From Scyliorhinus canicula (Eukaryota), in NCBI RefSeq assembly GCF_902713615.1, contig NW_024055450.1:1-64000 (forward strand): 64,000 nucleotides of DNA, in the 5' to 3' direction. Numbering within the stretch: the stretch's first letter is position 1; each line of letters begins with the position of its first letter. A program made the translations under genes and the position numbers. Positions 24,403-36,224 of this stretch are shown in pieces. Below the pieces are notes generated by a model. The model was given only the letters and a program-made list of their open reading frames with translations, was not told the origin of the DNA and ran no database searches.

Positions 24403-24504
24403 ATAAGATTATTAGATTACTAGCTCTGGATGAATTGTGTCCCAGGATGCTGTGGGATGTGAGGGAGAGATTGCAGTGGCTCTGACCCAAAGTTTTAACC
24501 ACAA

Positions 24505-24900
24505 ATTAGGCCTGTATTTGCTAGAATTTGGACATTTAGGGTGTGATCTAATTGAAGTATTTAAGATATTAACAGGGAAAGACAGGGTCGATAAAGATCA
24601 CCTATTTCCACTGGTTGGAGATGCTAAAGCTAGGGATCATTGTCTAAAAATCAGGGCTGGACCGTTCAGGAGAGATGTTAGGAAGAACTTCTTCACACAC
24701 AGGGTGGGAGAGGGTTGGAACTCTCTCCCACAAACAGCAGGTGAAGCTGGAACAGTTGTTAAGTTTAAATGTGAGTTTTGTTGAGCAAAGGTATTAATGG
24801 ATATGGGGTTAGGTCACAGATCAGTCTGATCCCACTAAATGGCAGGACAGACTCGAGGGGCTGAATGGCTTATTCCTGTCCCTATGTGTATTTCTGTGAT
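24505..24900 (+). mobile_element. CR1 LINE 3' fragment
   Basis: GLYLLEF..GDLIEVFKIL..FFTHRVG and CR1 tail. Confidence 0.8.
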
Positions 24901-25388
24901 TCTGAAATTCAGACAACACCATGACAGGGAAAGAGTCTGGATTAGAACCTGAGTTAGTCCGAGCTGTAAACCATCCCTCCAGATCCTGGCCCTTCATGGA
25001 TTTAATAAAGGTCAAGGCAATAGTTGGATTATTGAAAGACTTGACGGAGTTGTTGGATACCATTTTTCAGGTCTCAGGATAAAGCCTGACGTAATTCACT
25101 CCCCACAGCCTTGAGCTGCATTTGAACTTCATCGAAGCCTCGATGTTTTGTTTGTGTTGCTGCCGAAAAGTCCTTGAAGAAGTAAATCCTCACTCCTTCC
25201 TGGAGCTAGGTGCTACCTCGCCGTTCCCTCTCCAGGACATACTTTCAAGTTGTGGAAGCGAATTATTACAGGCCTGGGATGAAAACTATCCCTCGGACTC
25301 AAAGACCGATGCACGTTTCTAATTTGAAACGCCCAGGCTTTACATCCAGCTTGAGAAAACGTGGCAGTCGGTCCTTGAAGAACCTAAC

Positions 25389-25712
25389 GGGAGTCTTGGT
25401 AGCACAGTGGTTAGCACAGTTGCTTCAATGCTCCAGGGTCCCAGGTTTGATTCCTGGCTTGGGTCACTGTCTCTCTGGAATCTGCACGTTCTCCCCGTGT
25501 CTGCGTAGGTTTACTCCGGGTACTCCGGTTTCCTCCCAGAGATCAAAGATGTGCAGGTTAGGTAGATTGGCCATGATAAGTTTCCCTTAGTGTCCAAATA
25601 AAAGGTTAGGTGGGGTCACTGTGATACGGGGATGGGTTATGGGCTTGGGTGGTGTGCTGTTTCCAAGGCGTAGACTCAATGGGCCGAGTGATCTCCTGCA
25701 CTGTAAATTCTA
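25389..25712 (+). mobile_element. tRNA-derived SINE (older copy)
   Basis: Head GGTAGCACAGTGGTTAGCAC..CCAGGTTTGATTCC, V-like core and tail ending CTGTAAATTCTATGAT. Confidence 0.82.
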
Positions 25713-26090
25713 TGATGACCATCCGACAGGCCAATGGCTCGGATGTTCTTTCTCCGACCCTCGGTCTTCCAAGTCCTCCAGCACCTCCTTGGCTGGTTTT
25801 CAAAGGATTGAATACGGAGGCATCTTGCTGAATGTTCAGGATTCTCTCCACCGGATCATCGAGCCTCTTCATGGTGTTTTGCAACTGGGCCGCATGAGTT
25901 CACAGATATTGAGTCAGCACACTCAGCCTCTGGTCAAAACCACGGATAATGTCGGCAGTCATCATTTTCGCCACCTCCCAGAGAGCCCCGGAGAGTGGGG
26001 GGTCGAGAGACCTCCTGAGGGTCAGGCAGCCATGTTGAAAAGGCGGCTCCATCCCCGCTGAATCCACCTGCGCTGTTTATCGATGATTTC
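25713..26090 (-). mobile_element. Old L1 ORF1 fragment
   Basis: Minus strand across one frameshift reads EDLEDR-GRRKNIRAIGL, matching the L1 ORF1 RRKNLRILGL motif in the full-length copy. Confidence 0.5.
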
Positions 26091-27224
26091 TTCACTTTTT
26101 CCAGCATAATCCTACCAGACCAAACCCCGAGTCTTCCAGGGACACGATAACAAATATTAATGCAAGGATTAGGTAGATGAGTGCCAGGCAATCAGGATGA
26201 CTGTCAGATTATAGTTTAGTGGCACCAGAACCTGTGGTAAGGCAGCTACTCCCCCACCCATATCACATGCCTGACACCCCCCCCCCTCCCCCCCACCCCC
26301 CACCCCACAGCCACAGACAGATTTCTGATTGAGGTTGTGGAGGGTTATGGGGAACTGGCAGGTAAATGGAGAGAAAGCTGAGATGAGATGGGATTTCTTT
26401 ATTCGAGGATGTGGTGAAGGTTTTGGAATTCTCTACCTCCGAGGATTCTAGAGCTTCAGTCATCGAGTATTTTCAAGCCACAGACTGATAGGTTTCTAGA
26501 TATTCAAGAGGTCAAGGGACATGAAGCTCGCGTGGGAAAATGGTGATGAGGTAGATCGGCCAATTATCTCATTGAATGGTTCAGGTTTGATGGGCCGAAT
26601 GGCTGACTGCAGCTCATATTTGTTCTGATCTCCTGGACAGGAAGCTGTGAGTTTGGATCTGTCAATCAACATTAATCAGCACCTTCAGGAGAATTGGGAG
26701 GGTGAATATTAAATACAGCAGAGTGAGAATGGAGGGAGAGTGTGTGGGATGGAAATTTGCAGCTTTCGGGGAATAAGAGAGAGAAAAAAATGTGACATAG
26801 AAACTAGAATTGTCTGTTTCTACCTTGTACTGACAGTGTTGAATTTTGTAAATTGTTTTTACAGGATATTAGACAAGGAGGAATTACAGACAGAAATCTC
26901 AAAAGACACGTCTCGACCTGATAGTCACTCGATTCCTTAGAACCTGAATATCATCGGCCTTTGAATCAAGAAATGAAATGTTTACCGGAACTGTCAGCTA
27001 AAGATTTCAAACATCAGTGTGATTGGAAAAGCACCGAGACCCACACAACACACACCCGAGTGAGAGTGTTCCAATGAACTGACTGTGGAAAGAGCTTTAA
27101 CCAGTTACACAGCCTAAAAAAACATCACACTATTCACAGCGTGTAAAGACCGTACTCGTGTTGTGTGTGTGGATGAGGCTTCAACTGATCAACCAGCCTA
27201 GAGAGACACGAGGAGACCCAAAAC

Positions 27225-27959
27225 ATGGAGAAACCGTGGAAATGTGAGGACTGTGGGAAGGGATTCCAAGCCCCATCTCAGGTGGAGATTCATATACGCA
27301 GTCACACTGGCGAGAGGCCGTTCACCTGCTCTCAGTGTGGGAAGGGATTCAGTGATTCATCCGGCCTGTGGAAGCATCAGCGAGTTCACACTGGGGAGAG
27401 GGTGTTCACCTGCTCCCAGTGTGGGAAGGGGTTCACTCAGTTATCCAACCTGCAGTCACACCAGCGAGTTCACACTGGGGAGAGACCATTCACCTGCTCT
27501 CAATGTGGGAAGGGATTCAGTAATTTATTCAATCTGCAGACACATCAGCGAGTTCACACTGGGGAGAGGCCATTCACCTGCTCTCAGTGTGGGAAAGGAT
27601 TTACTCACATTTCCCACCTGCGGAGCCACCAGCGAGTTCACACTGGGGAGAGGCCATTCACCTGCTCTCCGTGTGGGAAAGGATTTACTCAATTATCCAC
27701 CCTGCAGACACACCAGCGAGTTCACTCTGGGGAGAGGCCTTTCACCTGCTCTCAGTGTGGGAAGGGATTCAGTCAGTTAACTCACCTGCAGACACACCAG
27801 CGAGTTCACACTGGGGAGAGGCCATTCACCTGCTCCCAGTGTGGGAAAGGATTTACTCAGTTATCCACCCTGCGGAGACATCAGCGAGTTCACACTGGGA
27901 ACAGACCGTTCACCTCTCAATGTGAGACGGGACTGCATATTTCACCACACCTGCTGTGA
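27225..27959 (+). CDS. C2H2 zinc-finger protein A, 8 intact fingers, no effector domain
   Basis: MEKPWKC..; eight CxxC-12-HxxxH units with TGERPF-type linkers and a degenerate ninth. Large-exon acceptor TTTTACAG|GATATT at 26865. Confidence 0.9.
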   Translation: MEKPWKCEDCGKGFQAPSQVEIHIRSHTGERPFTCSQCGKGFSDSSGLWKHQRVHTGERVFTCSQCGKGFTQLSNLQSHQRVHTGERPFTCSQCGKGFSNLFNLQTHQRVHTGERPFTCSQCGKGFTHISHLRSHQRVHTGERPFTCSPCGKGFTQLSTLQTHQRVHSGERPFTCSQCGKGFSQLTHLQTHQRVHTGERPFTCSQCGKGFTQLSTLRRHQRVHTGNRPFTSQCETGLHISPHLL

Positions 27960-28329
27960 CACCAACAATTTCACAATTGATTACAGGGGTTGGATTCTGC
28001 TGTTATTGTTTCTGCTCCGCACCCAGAACTACATTTAGTTCATTCTGACAGGTGGTCAGTGGGGATGGTCGAAGGGTTTCTTTCTGCTGGACTGGCCGGT
28101 CTCACCACTTTGCCTCCAGTGGGCTGATGCTGTTTGAGCCTTGTTGCTAATACCTGGCTTCAAATTGCACAAGGATCTCAGAGTGAAAGGGTGTTTGGAA
28201 TTGTGGAGATATTTAGTTTCCATTTCTGTTTGGAATCCCCCCGCCCGCCCGCAAAGCCACGTTGCCATGGAGATGGGCCCTGGTGGTTACATGGTTCCTT
28301 TGTTTAATTTATCTGGATGTCCTCACAGA

Positions 28330-29140
28330 AGAAAACTATCAGTGTATGAGGGGCAAGTTGTCTGAGGTTGACTGGGAAACTAATTGGTACAGGGAATACC
28401 TAATATTTAAGGAATTATTACATATTTATCAGGGGGTCGATTAGCTCAGTTGGCTGGACGGCTGGTTTGTGATGCAGAGCGAGGTCAACAGAGAGGATTC
28501 AACTCCCGTACTGGCTGAGTTTATTCACGAAGGCCCCCCCCTTCTCAACCAGGCCCCTCGCCTGAGGTGTGCTGACCCTCGGGTTAAATTACCCTCAGTC
28601 AGCTCTCTCTCTGTCAAAGGGGAGAGCAGCCTATGGTCCTCTGGGATTTTTGCAACTTTTATTTCACACATATACAACAAATATAGATTCCTTTAAGGAA
28701 CAAAAATCTAACAGGAAAAATGATGTAACCGTGGCTAACAAGGAAAGTTAAAAGTTTCCATGACATCCATTAAAATTCAGCAAAGGAGGACCAAGAAACT
28801 GATGAGAGCAAACTGGTGAGAAACATAAAAACCGACTGGAAAAGCTTCGACAGGAATGTGAAAAGGAAAAGATTAGCAAAGACCAATGTGGGTCCATTCC
28901 AGGCAGAGACAGGAGAGTTTATAATGGGGAGTAAGGAAATGGCAGAGAAACTAAACAATGTGTGTCTGTCTTCACAGAGGAAGATACAGAAATTGCCCCC
29001 TAAACACCAGAGAACCAAGGAACAGTAAGAGATGAGAATTAGTGAAAAGGTAGCACTGGAGAAATTAATGGGGTTGAAAGTGAATAAATCCCCAAAAGCT
29101 GATGATCTACATCCCAGAGTGTTGAACGAGATGGCTATAG
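28330..29140 (+). mobile_element. CR1 ORF2 internal fragment, interrupted by a SINE
   Basis: RNIKTDWKSF..KRLAKTNVGP..TGEFIMGSKEMAEKLN-type sequence with stops. Confidence 0.75.
28432..28655 (+). mobile_element. Different tRNA-derived SINE family
   Basis: A box TAGCTCAGTTGG and B-box-like GGATTCAACTCC; body unrelated to the V-type SINE; splits the CR1 fragment. Confidence 0.65.
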
Positions 29141-29529
29141 AGATCTCTATTCTTCATTCTAAATTCTCCTGACTCTGTCTGGAACAGACAAAACTTTTTT
29201 TTTTTTTTTTTAAATAATTTTTATTGAAATTTTTCGATACAAACATTTACCCCAACTACATTTTAAATTATAACACAACAAATCCCCCCTGGAAAATCCT
29301 CCCCACGCCCTCCCCCGCGCGCACCCCCCCACCCTCTCCCCCCCCCCCCCCCCCCCCCCCCGCGCTACCAGTCTAGCAACCAAACCGTTTTTTCCCTTTC
29401 TGCCGATGGCCTCGGGCAGCCATTGCCCGCGACCCCCCGCTGACGTGCTCCCTTCGTTGCTATCCCCCCCCCCCCTCCCTTCCCCCCCCCCCTTTCTCCC
29501 CGGGTTGCTGCTGTTTCGGCCTCCAGTTC

Positions 29530-32500
29530 CTATCTCTGATCCAGAAAGTCAAGGAAGGGCTGCCACCGCCGGAAGAACCCCTGTACCGACCCTCTCAGGG
29601 CGAATTTAATTCTTTCCAATTGGATGAAGCTTGCCATGTCGTTTAACCAGGTGTTAACACTTGGTGGCCTTGTGTCCCTCCACTGAATCAAGATCCTTCT
29701 CCGAGCTACCAAGGACGCAAAGGCCAATATTCCGGCCTCCCTTGCCTCCTGTACTCCTGGCTCCACCCCAACCCCAAAAATCGCTAGCCCCCACCCTGGT
29801 TTGACCCTGGTTCCCACCACTCTCGATACCGTCCCCGCCACCCCCTCCCAGAACTCCTCCAGTGCCGGACACATCCAGAACATATGTACATGGTTCGCAG
29901 GGCTTCCCGAACACCTGACACACCTGTCCTCACCCCCGAAGAACCGACTCATCCTAGTCCCCGTCATATGGGCTCTGTGCAGCACCTTAAATTGGATGAG
30001 GCCCAACCTTGCGCACGACGACGACGAATTGACCCTCTCTAGGGCATCCGCCCATGTCCCATCCTCTATCTGCTCTCCCAGCTCCGCTTCCCACTTGTCT
30101 TTCAGCTCCTCTATTGGTACCTCCTCCACCTCCTGCATTATTCTGTAGATGTCCGAGACCTTCCCTTCTCCGACCCAGGCCCCTGACAGCACCCTATCAC
30201 TCGCCCCTCTATCGGGAAGCAAGGGAAATCCTTCCACCTGTCGTCTGGCAAATGCCTTCACCTGCAGGTATCTAAACGTGTTCCCCGGGGGGAGCTCAAA
30301 TTTCTCCTCCAGCTCCCCCAGGCTCACAAACCTCCCCTCTATGAACATGTCCCTCAGTTGCCTGATGCCCGCCCTGTGCCAGCTCTGGAATCCCCCGCCA
30401 GTGTTCCCCGGGACAAATCTGTGGTTCCCTCTCAGTGGCGCCGCCATCAGACCCCCCACTTCCCCCCTGTGTCGCCTCCACTGCCCCCAGATTCTAAGGG
30501 TGGCCGCCACTACCGGACTCGTGGTATACCTTGTGGGGGGGAGCGGCCATGGTGCCGTTACTAGCGCCCCCAGGCTTGTATTGCCGCAGGACGCCCTCTC
30601 CATACGTTTCCAAGCTGCCCCCTCCCCCTCCATCACCCACTTGCGCACCATCGATGCGTTCGCCGCCCAGTAGTATCCGGAAAGATTGGGTAGCGCTAAT
30701 CCTCCACTGTCCCTACTCCGTTCCAAGAAAATCCTTCTCACTCTAGGGGTGCCATGTGCCCACACATAGCCCATAATGCTGCTAGTTACCTTCTTGAAGA
30801 AGGCCCTGGGGAGAAAGATGGGCAAGCACTGGAACAGAAACAAGAACCTCGGGAGGACCGTCATTTTGACTGACTGCACCCTCCCTGCTAGCGACAGCGG
30901 TACCATGTCCCACCTCTTGAACTCCTCCTCCATCTGCTCCACCAGCCTTGAAAAGTTCAGCTTGTGGAGGGTCCCCCAGTTCCTTGCCACCTGCACCCCC
31001 AAGTACCTGAAGCTCTTTACTGCTCTCTTAAAGGGGAGCCGCCCAATTCCCTCCCCCGATCTCCTGGGTGTATCACAAAGACCTCACTTTTACCCACATT
31101 TAATTTATATCCCGAAAAGTCCCCAAACTCCGCCAGTATTTCCATTACCTCCGGCATTCCCCCTTCCGGGTCCGCCACATATAACAACAAATCATCCGCA
31201 TAGAGTGATACCCGATGTTCCTCCCCTCCCCTCGTCAGTCCTCTCCACCCCCCTGAACCCCTCAGTGCCATCGCCAACGGTTCGATCGCTAATGCAAATA
31301 GTAAGGGGGATAGGGGGCATCCCTGCCTGGTACCTCGATGGAGCCCAAAATACTCTGACCTCCTCCCGTTTGTAACCACACTCGCCATCGGGGCCGAATA
31401 CAACAGCTTCACCCACTTGATAAATCCCTCCCCAAACCCAAACCGTTCCAGCGTCTCCCACAGGTATTCCCACTCCACCCTATCGAATGCCTTCTCCGCA
31501 TCCAGTGCTACCACTATCTCAGCCTCCCCCTCCACTGCTGGCATCATAATCACATTCAACAGTCTCCGGACATTTGTGTTAAGTTGTCGTCCCTTTACGA
31601 ACCCCGTCTGGTCCTCATGGATTACCCCTGGCACACAATCCTCTATTCTGGTTGCCAGGACCTTTGCCAACAGTTTGGCATCTACATTCAAGAGGGAGAT
31701 GGGCCTGTAGGACCCGCACTGTACAGGGTCTTTGTCCCGCTTCAGGATCAAGGAGATCAGGGCCTGTGACATTGTCGGGGGCAGAACCCCCCCCTCTCGC
31801 GCCTCATTGAAGGCTCGCACCAGCACTGGACCCACCAAGTCCACATACTTCTTATAAAATTCCACCGGGAACCCATCCGGCCCCGGCGCCTTCCCCGCCT
31901 GCATCTGGCCTATCCCTTTAACTAGCTCCTGCAGCTCTATCGGCGCCCCCAGCCCCTCCACCCGTTCCTCCTGGACCTTTGGGAACCTCAATCTATCGAG
32001 GAAGTTCTCCATTCCCCCCCTCCTCCTGGGCGGCTCAGACCGGTACAATTCCCTGTAGAAATCCCTGAAGACCCCGTTCACCTCTTGCCCCTCCTGCACT
32101 ACGTTCCCTCCCTTCTCTCTCACTCCCCCAATCTCTCTGGCTGCATCTCGCTTGCGCAGCTGGTGTGCTAGCATCCTGCTCGCCTTTTCCCCGTACTCAT
32201 AGTGCCCTTCTCCATTGCGTCTCCGCCTTCCTAGTGGTCAGTAGGTCAAACTGGGCCTGTAAACTGCGCCGCTCCCTCAACAGCCCCTCCTCTGGTGTCT
32301 CCGCATATCTCCTGTCCACTTCTATAAGTTCCCCCACCAGTCTCTCCCTCTCCTGCCTCTCCTTCCTTTCTCTGTGTGCCCTTATGGAGATCAGCTCTCC
32401 TCTGATCACTGCTTTCAGGGCCTCCCAGACTACCCCCACCTTCACCTCGCCCGTGTCGTTCGTGCCCAGATATCTCTCAATGCCCTTCCGGACCCTTCCG

Positions 32501-33313
32501 CACACCTCATCGTCCGCCAGCAGCCCCACATCCAGGCGCCACAACGGGCGCTGGTCCCGTGCTTCCCCCAGTTCTACCTCTACCCAGTGTGGTGCATGGT
32601 CCGAAATCGCAATGGCCGAGTACTCCGTGTCCTGCACTCTCAAAATCAGCCCCCTGCTCAGTACAAAAAAGTCTATTCTGGAGTACACCCTGTGGACGTG
32701 GGAGAAAAAAGAATACTCCCTCATCCTTGGCCTGCCAAATCTCCAAGGGTCTACCCCCCCCATCTGCTCCATGAACCCCCTTAGCACCTCTGCCGCTGCC
32801 GGCCTCCTATTCGTCCTGGAACTCGATCTGTCCAGCCCAGGGTCGAGCACTGTATTGAAGTCCCCCCCCATGATCAGGCCCCCTGCCTCCAGACCCGGAA
32901 TGAGGCCCAACAGGCGCCTCATAAAACCCGCGTCATCCCAATTCGGGGCATACACATTCACCAGCACCACATTCTCTCCCTGCAGCCTACCCTTCACCAT
33001 CACGTACCTACCCTCCTTATCTGCTACCACCTGCGCCGCCACGAACGACACCCTCTTTCCCACCAAAATCGCCACCCCCCGGTTCTTTGCGTCCAAGCCT
33101 GAGTGGAACACCTGTCCCACCCACCCCCTTCTCAGGCGCACCTGGTCTACTACTCTCAAGTGAGTCTCCTGCAACATTGCCACATCCGCCTGCAGTCCCT
33201 TTAGGTGTGAAAAAAACCCTTGATCTCTTGACCGGCCCATTCAGCCCCCTCACGTTCCAAGTAATCAACCGGGTCGCGGAGCGACCCGTCCCTTTCCCCT
33301 GTCTATTAGCCAT
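29530..33313 (-). pseudogene. L1 ORF2p (APE endonuclease, RT, CCHC knuckle) broken by three frameshifts
   Basis: LITWNVRGLN, LQETH, GGDFN, SDH, QGCPLSP, YADD and CVRC..H..C in successive frames; shifts at ~33215 (+1 in a T run), ~32200 (~11-bp deletion) and ~31055 (-1 in a G run). Confidence 0.92.
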
Positions 33314-34259
33314 GTCCTGTCCCCTGTTCGCCCCGGGCCGACCCTCCCCTTCTGACCCGTTCCCCATGGCGATGGCCCCCCCCCCCCCTCTCCTCCCGTT
33401 CTTCCCTTCCCGTCCTCGGCCTTTCCAGCAGCAACCCGGTATCCCCCCCTAACCCCCCTTCCCCCCACCCCCCCCCTGGCTAGGACCCCTCCTAGCCGCG
33501 GTGTATCCACCATCGTACTCCCGAGAGTCAGCTGGTTTTCGCTGACCCGGCTGCCCCTGCCACACTCCGACTCCTCCCGATGTGGGGGGGGAGGGGCCTC
33601 CCCCCCCCCCTTGCCATCCCTCTCTGACCCCGCTTCAGCGCGGGAAAAGCCGCCATTGCTGGCCACACCCCACTCTTCTCTCCTCCCCCTTCCTCCGTCC
33701 CGCGCGCGGGAAACAGGGGAAAGCCCGCGCTTTCGCCCGGCCACACCCTACCCCGCCATCTTCAATTCCACCCCCGTCCCCATCCAAGCCCCTAAAAAAG
33801 CCCCCTTAAAACGAGAGGAAGAAAAAAGAGAAAAAGAAAACACGCATAACCAACTTGCACCCCCCCCCGTCCCGCCTCCCCAACTTAACAATATAACAAT
33901 ATAAATAACAAATCTCAAATAAATACATAAATACATAACTATGCCTGCATAACTAAATAACTACCCAATAATAACGTATTTAACCATCACCCTCCATCGA
34001 ACAGAACAGTAACCATAACCCTTAAAGAACAGATCAAAAAACAGTAAAAAAGCCCCCCCTACAACAACAATAATTAAGGGAAGTTGGCAACGGGAAGAGA
34101 CACACAAAAAGGAACAAAGAAACCCCCCATAACACAAGTTTCAAAGAAACCAAACGATCCATCAACTTTAACCAAGTTCCGACCTGGCCTAAGAAAGACA
34201 TGGGCCACTTGATCAGTCAAGGGTACTCGGGCGGCCTCGACCGCCGGCGTTCCCAAGTT

Positions 34260-35105
34260 CTAGTTCAGGTCCAGCTTTTCCTCCCGAACAAAAGTCCATG
34301 CCTCCTCTGGGGTCTCAAAGTAATGGTGCTGGTCCTTGTAGGTGACCCACAAGCGCGCTGGCTGCAGCATTCCGAACTTGATCCTCTTTGCGTGCAGCAC
34401 CGCCTTCGTCCGGTTAAACCGGGCCCGCCGCTTTGCCACCTCCGCACTCCAGTCCTGATATATCCGCACCGTCGAATTCTCCCATTTGCTGCTTTTCTCC
34501 CTCTTGGCCCACCTCAGCACTTTCTCCCGATCACAGAAACGCTGGAATCGCACCAGCACCGCCCTCGGGGGCTCGTTCGCCCTAGGCCGCCTAGCCATGA
34601 CCCGATATGCTTCTTCCAGCTCCAGGGGCGATGGACCGGCCCCCTCTCCCATCAGGGAGCTCAGCATCTCCGCTACATATTTCGGGAGATCAGGCCCCTC
34701 CAGGCCTTCTGCTAGGCCCAGGATCCTCAAGTTCTTCCGCCTCATTCGAGTGTCCAGCTCCTCAAAGCGGCTCTGCCATTTCAGGTGGAGTGCCTCGTGC
34801 ACCTCCACCTTTCCCACGAGGACCGTGGCCTCCTCCTCCCTTGCAGTCATCTCCTGCTGCAGCTCTCTTATCGACGCCTCTTGGGTCGCCTGGGCCCCCA
34901 TCAGCCTTGTGGTCGTCGCGTTCATAGACTCTAAGAGTTCCACTTTCAGCTCCGTAAAACACCGGAGGAGAGCGGCCTGCTGCTCCTCCGCCCATTTTCT
35001 CCAATCTTCTAGTGCGCCACCAGCCGCCATTTTGGTCCTCTTCCCCCGCTTTTTCCGGGGAGCTGCTGCCGCTTTTTTTGTCGCCCCACTCCGAGTACCG
35101 ACCAT
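34260..35105 (-). CDS. L1 ORF1p (coiled coil, RRM, CTD), intact
   Basis: First ATG at 35105 (track ORF starts at an upstream TTG, 35216); RMRRKNLRILGLAEG, PRAVLVRF and IYQDWSAEVAKRR motifs. Confidence 0.9.
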   Translation of the reverse strand: MVGTRSGATKKAAAAPRKKRGKRTKMAAGGALEDWRKWAEEQQAALLRCFTELKVELLESMNATTTRLMGAQATQEASIRELQQEMTAREEEATVLVGKVEVHEALHLKWQSRFEELDTRMRRKNLRILGLAEGLEGPDLPKYVAEMLSSLMGEGAGPSPLELEEAYRVMARRPRANEPPRAVLVRFQRFCDREKVLRWAKREKSSKWENSTVRIYQDWSAEVAKRRARFNRTKAVLHAKRIKFGMLQPARLWVTYKDQHHYFETPEEAWTFVREEKLDLN

Positions 35106-36224
35106 AAAGTTGGTCTCACTCTCCTCAGGGAGCCTTCCCCCACCGGGATTCGTCTTTTCAGTACCGTCGGGGCCCTCCAATCGGCCCTTAAACACCTTTG
35201 TCGCAGGAGCTGCCAAATGTGCGACTTAGCTGGTCATAGCCGCAACCGGAAGTCACAGACAAAACTTTTAACTGAGCCAAACGTTTCCTTTTTACGTAGC
35301 CATAGAAACTTTTGCAGTCCATTTTGATGTATTTTGCTCGTTCACATTCTATTCTATTCTCCCTTTGTCTCTCGGTGTCTTGGTCGAAGAACGGACATAA
35401 ATCCTCAGGAATGAATCATCACCTTGGACAGGTTCTGAGACAATTAAGTTTCGACTTATAGGGCCGGGTAACTATAATCGTGGAGTGTGGTTTTAGATTG
35501 TGCAAACGGGCAACGTTCTAGTTTATAGTTTAATATGTAGGTTTCCGAGTTAAAGTAGCTTCTCGTTTGTTTGTTGCATTAAAATCATAAGACTTGAAGT
35601 CCCGCCGTGTGATCCTTTAATTTGTTGACTGGGAATTTGATTTTTTTGAAGACGTTGCTGACCTTTATGGAGATCCAAATCCACAAGTTTTGTTTTCCTA
35701 TTTGAGCCTCGGGCACCTTTCTGTCTCTATTGCTCATGTCAATGACAGCCAGGTGATGGAGCTGAGGGCTGAATTTAGCTGAGAATAACGGGGCCTGTTC
35801 CCCAGTTGGGAAACTGCCATGGGCGTCGCTAATAGAGACAGGAAGGTGCTGGAGGACTGACTGGGAACTGGACATCCAACCGTTCGGGGTGAGGGGGGGG
35901 TGACCGGGGCGAGGGGGGGGGGTGACCGGGGCTGACGGTGATGTGACCCCCAGGGTTCAGTGCCCCCGTGTCCAAAGCGGGGAGTCACGGGGACAGGGTA
36001 CAGAGGAGCTGAAGGGAAACCATTTGGGACCCAGAACATTGTGAACATCCTGTTACTCTGATTGTCTTTGATCCTCAAGTAATTTTCTGTTAGTTTTTTT
36101 TAACCATGTTCTGTTTTATCAATAAACTTTTAACAGTAAACTATTTGAATTTGTTGGACTTTTCCTGATTAAATTTGTTCACTTTCGGGAAAGTGGGTGA
36201 CAGGGGTTGACAGGCTCTTTAACA

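Larger units (their letters stand above)
29199..35254 (-). mobile_element. Full-length L1-clade LINE, ~6.06 kb
   Basis: 5' end GACTTCCGGTTGCGGC, ORF1, spacer, ORF2 (EN-RT-CCHC), A-tail; 15-bp TSD ACAGACAAAACTTTT at 29184-98 and 35255-69; TT/AAAA target on the element strand. Confidence 0.97.

Noticed and set aside
27069-27089. TGA at a zinc-ligand Cys position (FQ*TDC) in two paralogs as possible selenocysteine
   Set aside because: The same frame contains a TAA and TGAs at non-Cys positions, and no SECIS was recognised; it is better explained as a dead finger.
32165-35229. Long + strand ORFs opposite the L1 (332 aa, 247 aa) and 51955-52734 (-)
   Set aside because: Antisense shadows of GC-rich L1 coding sequence with no recognisable motifs.
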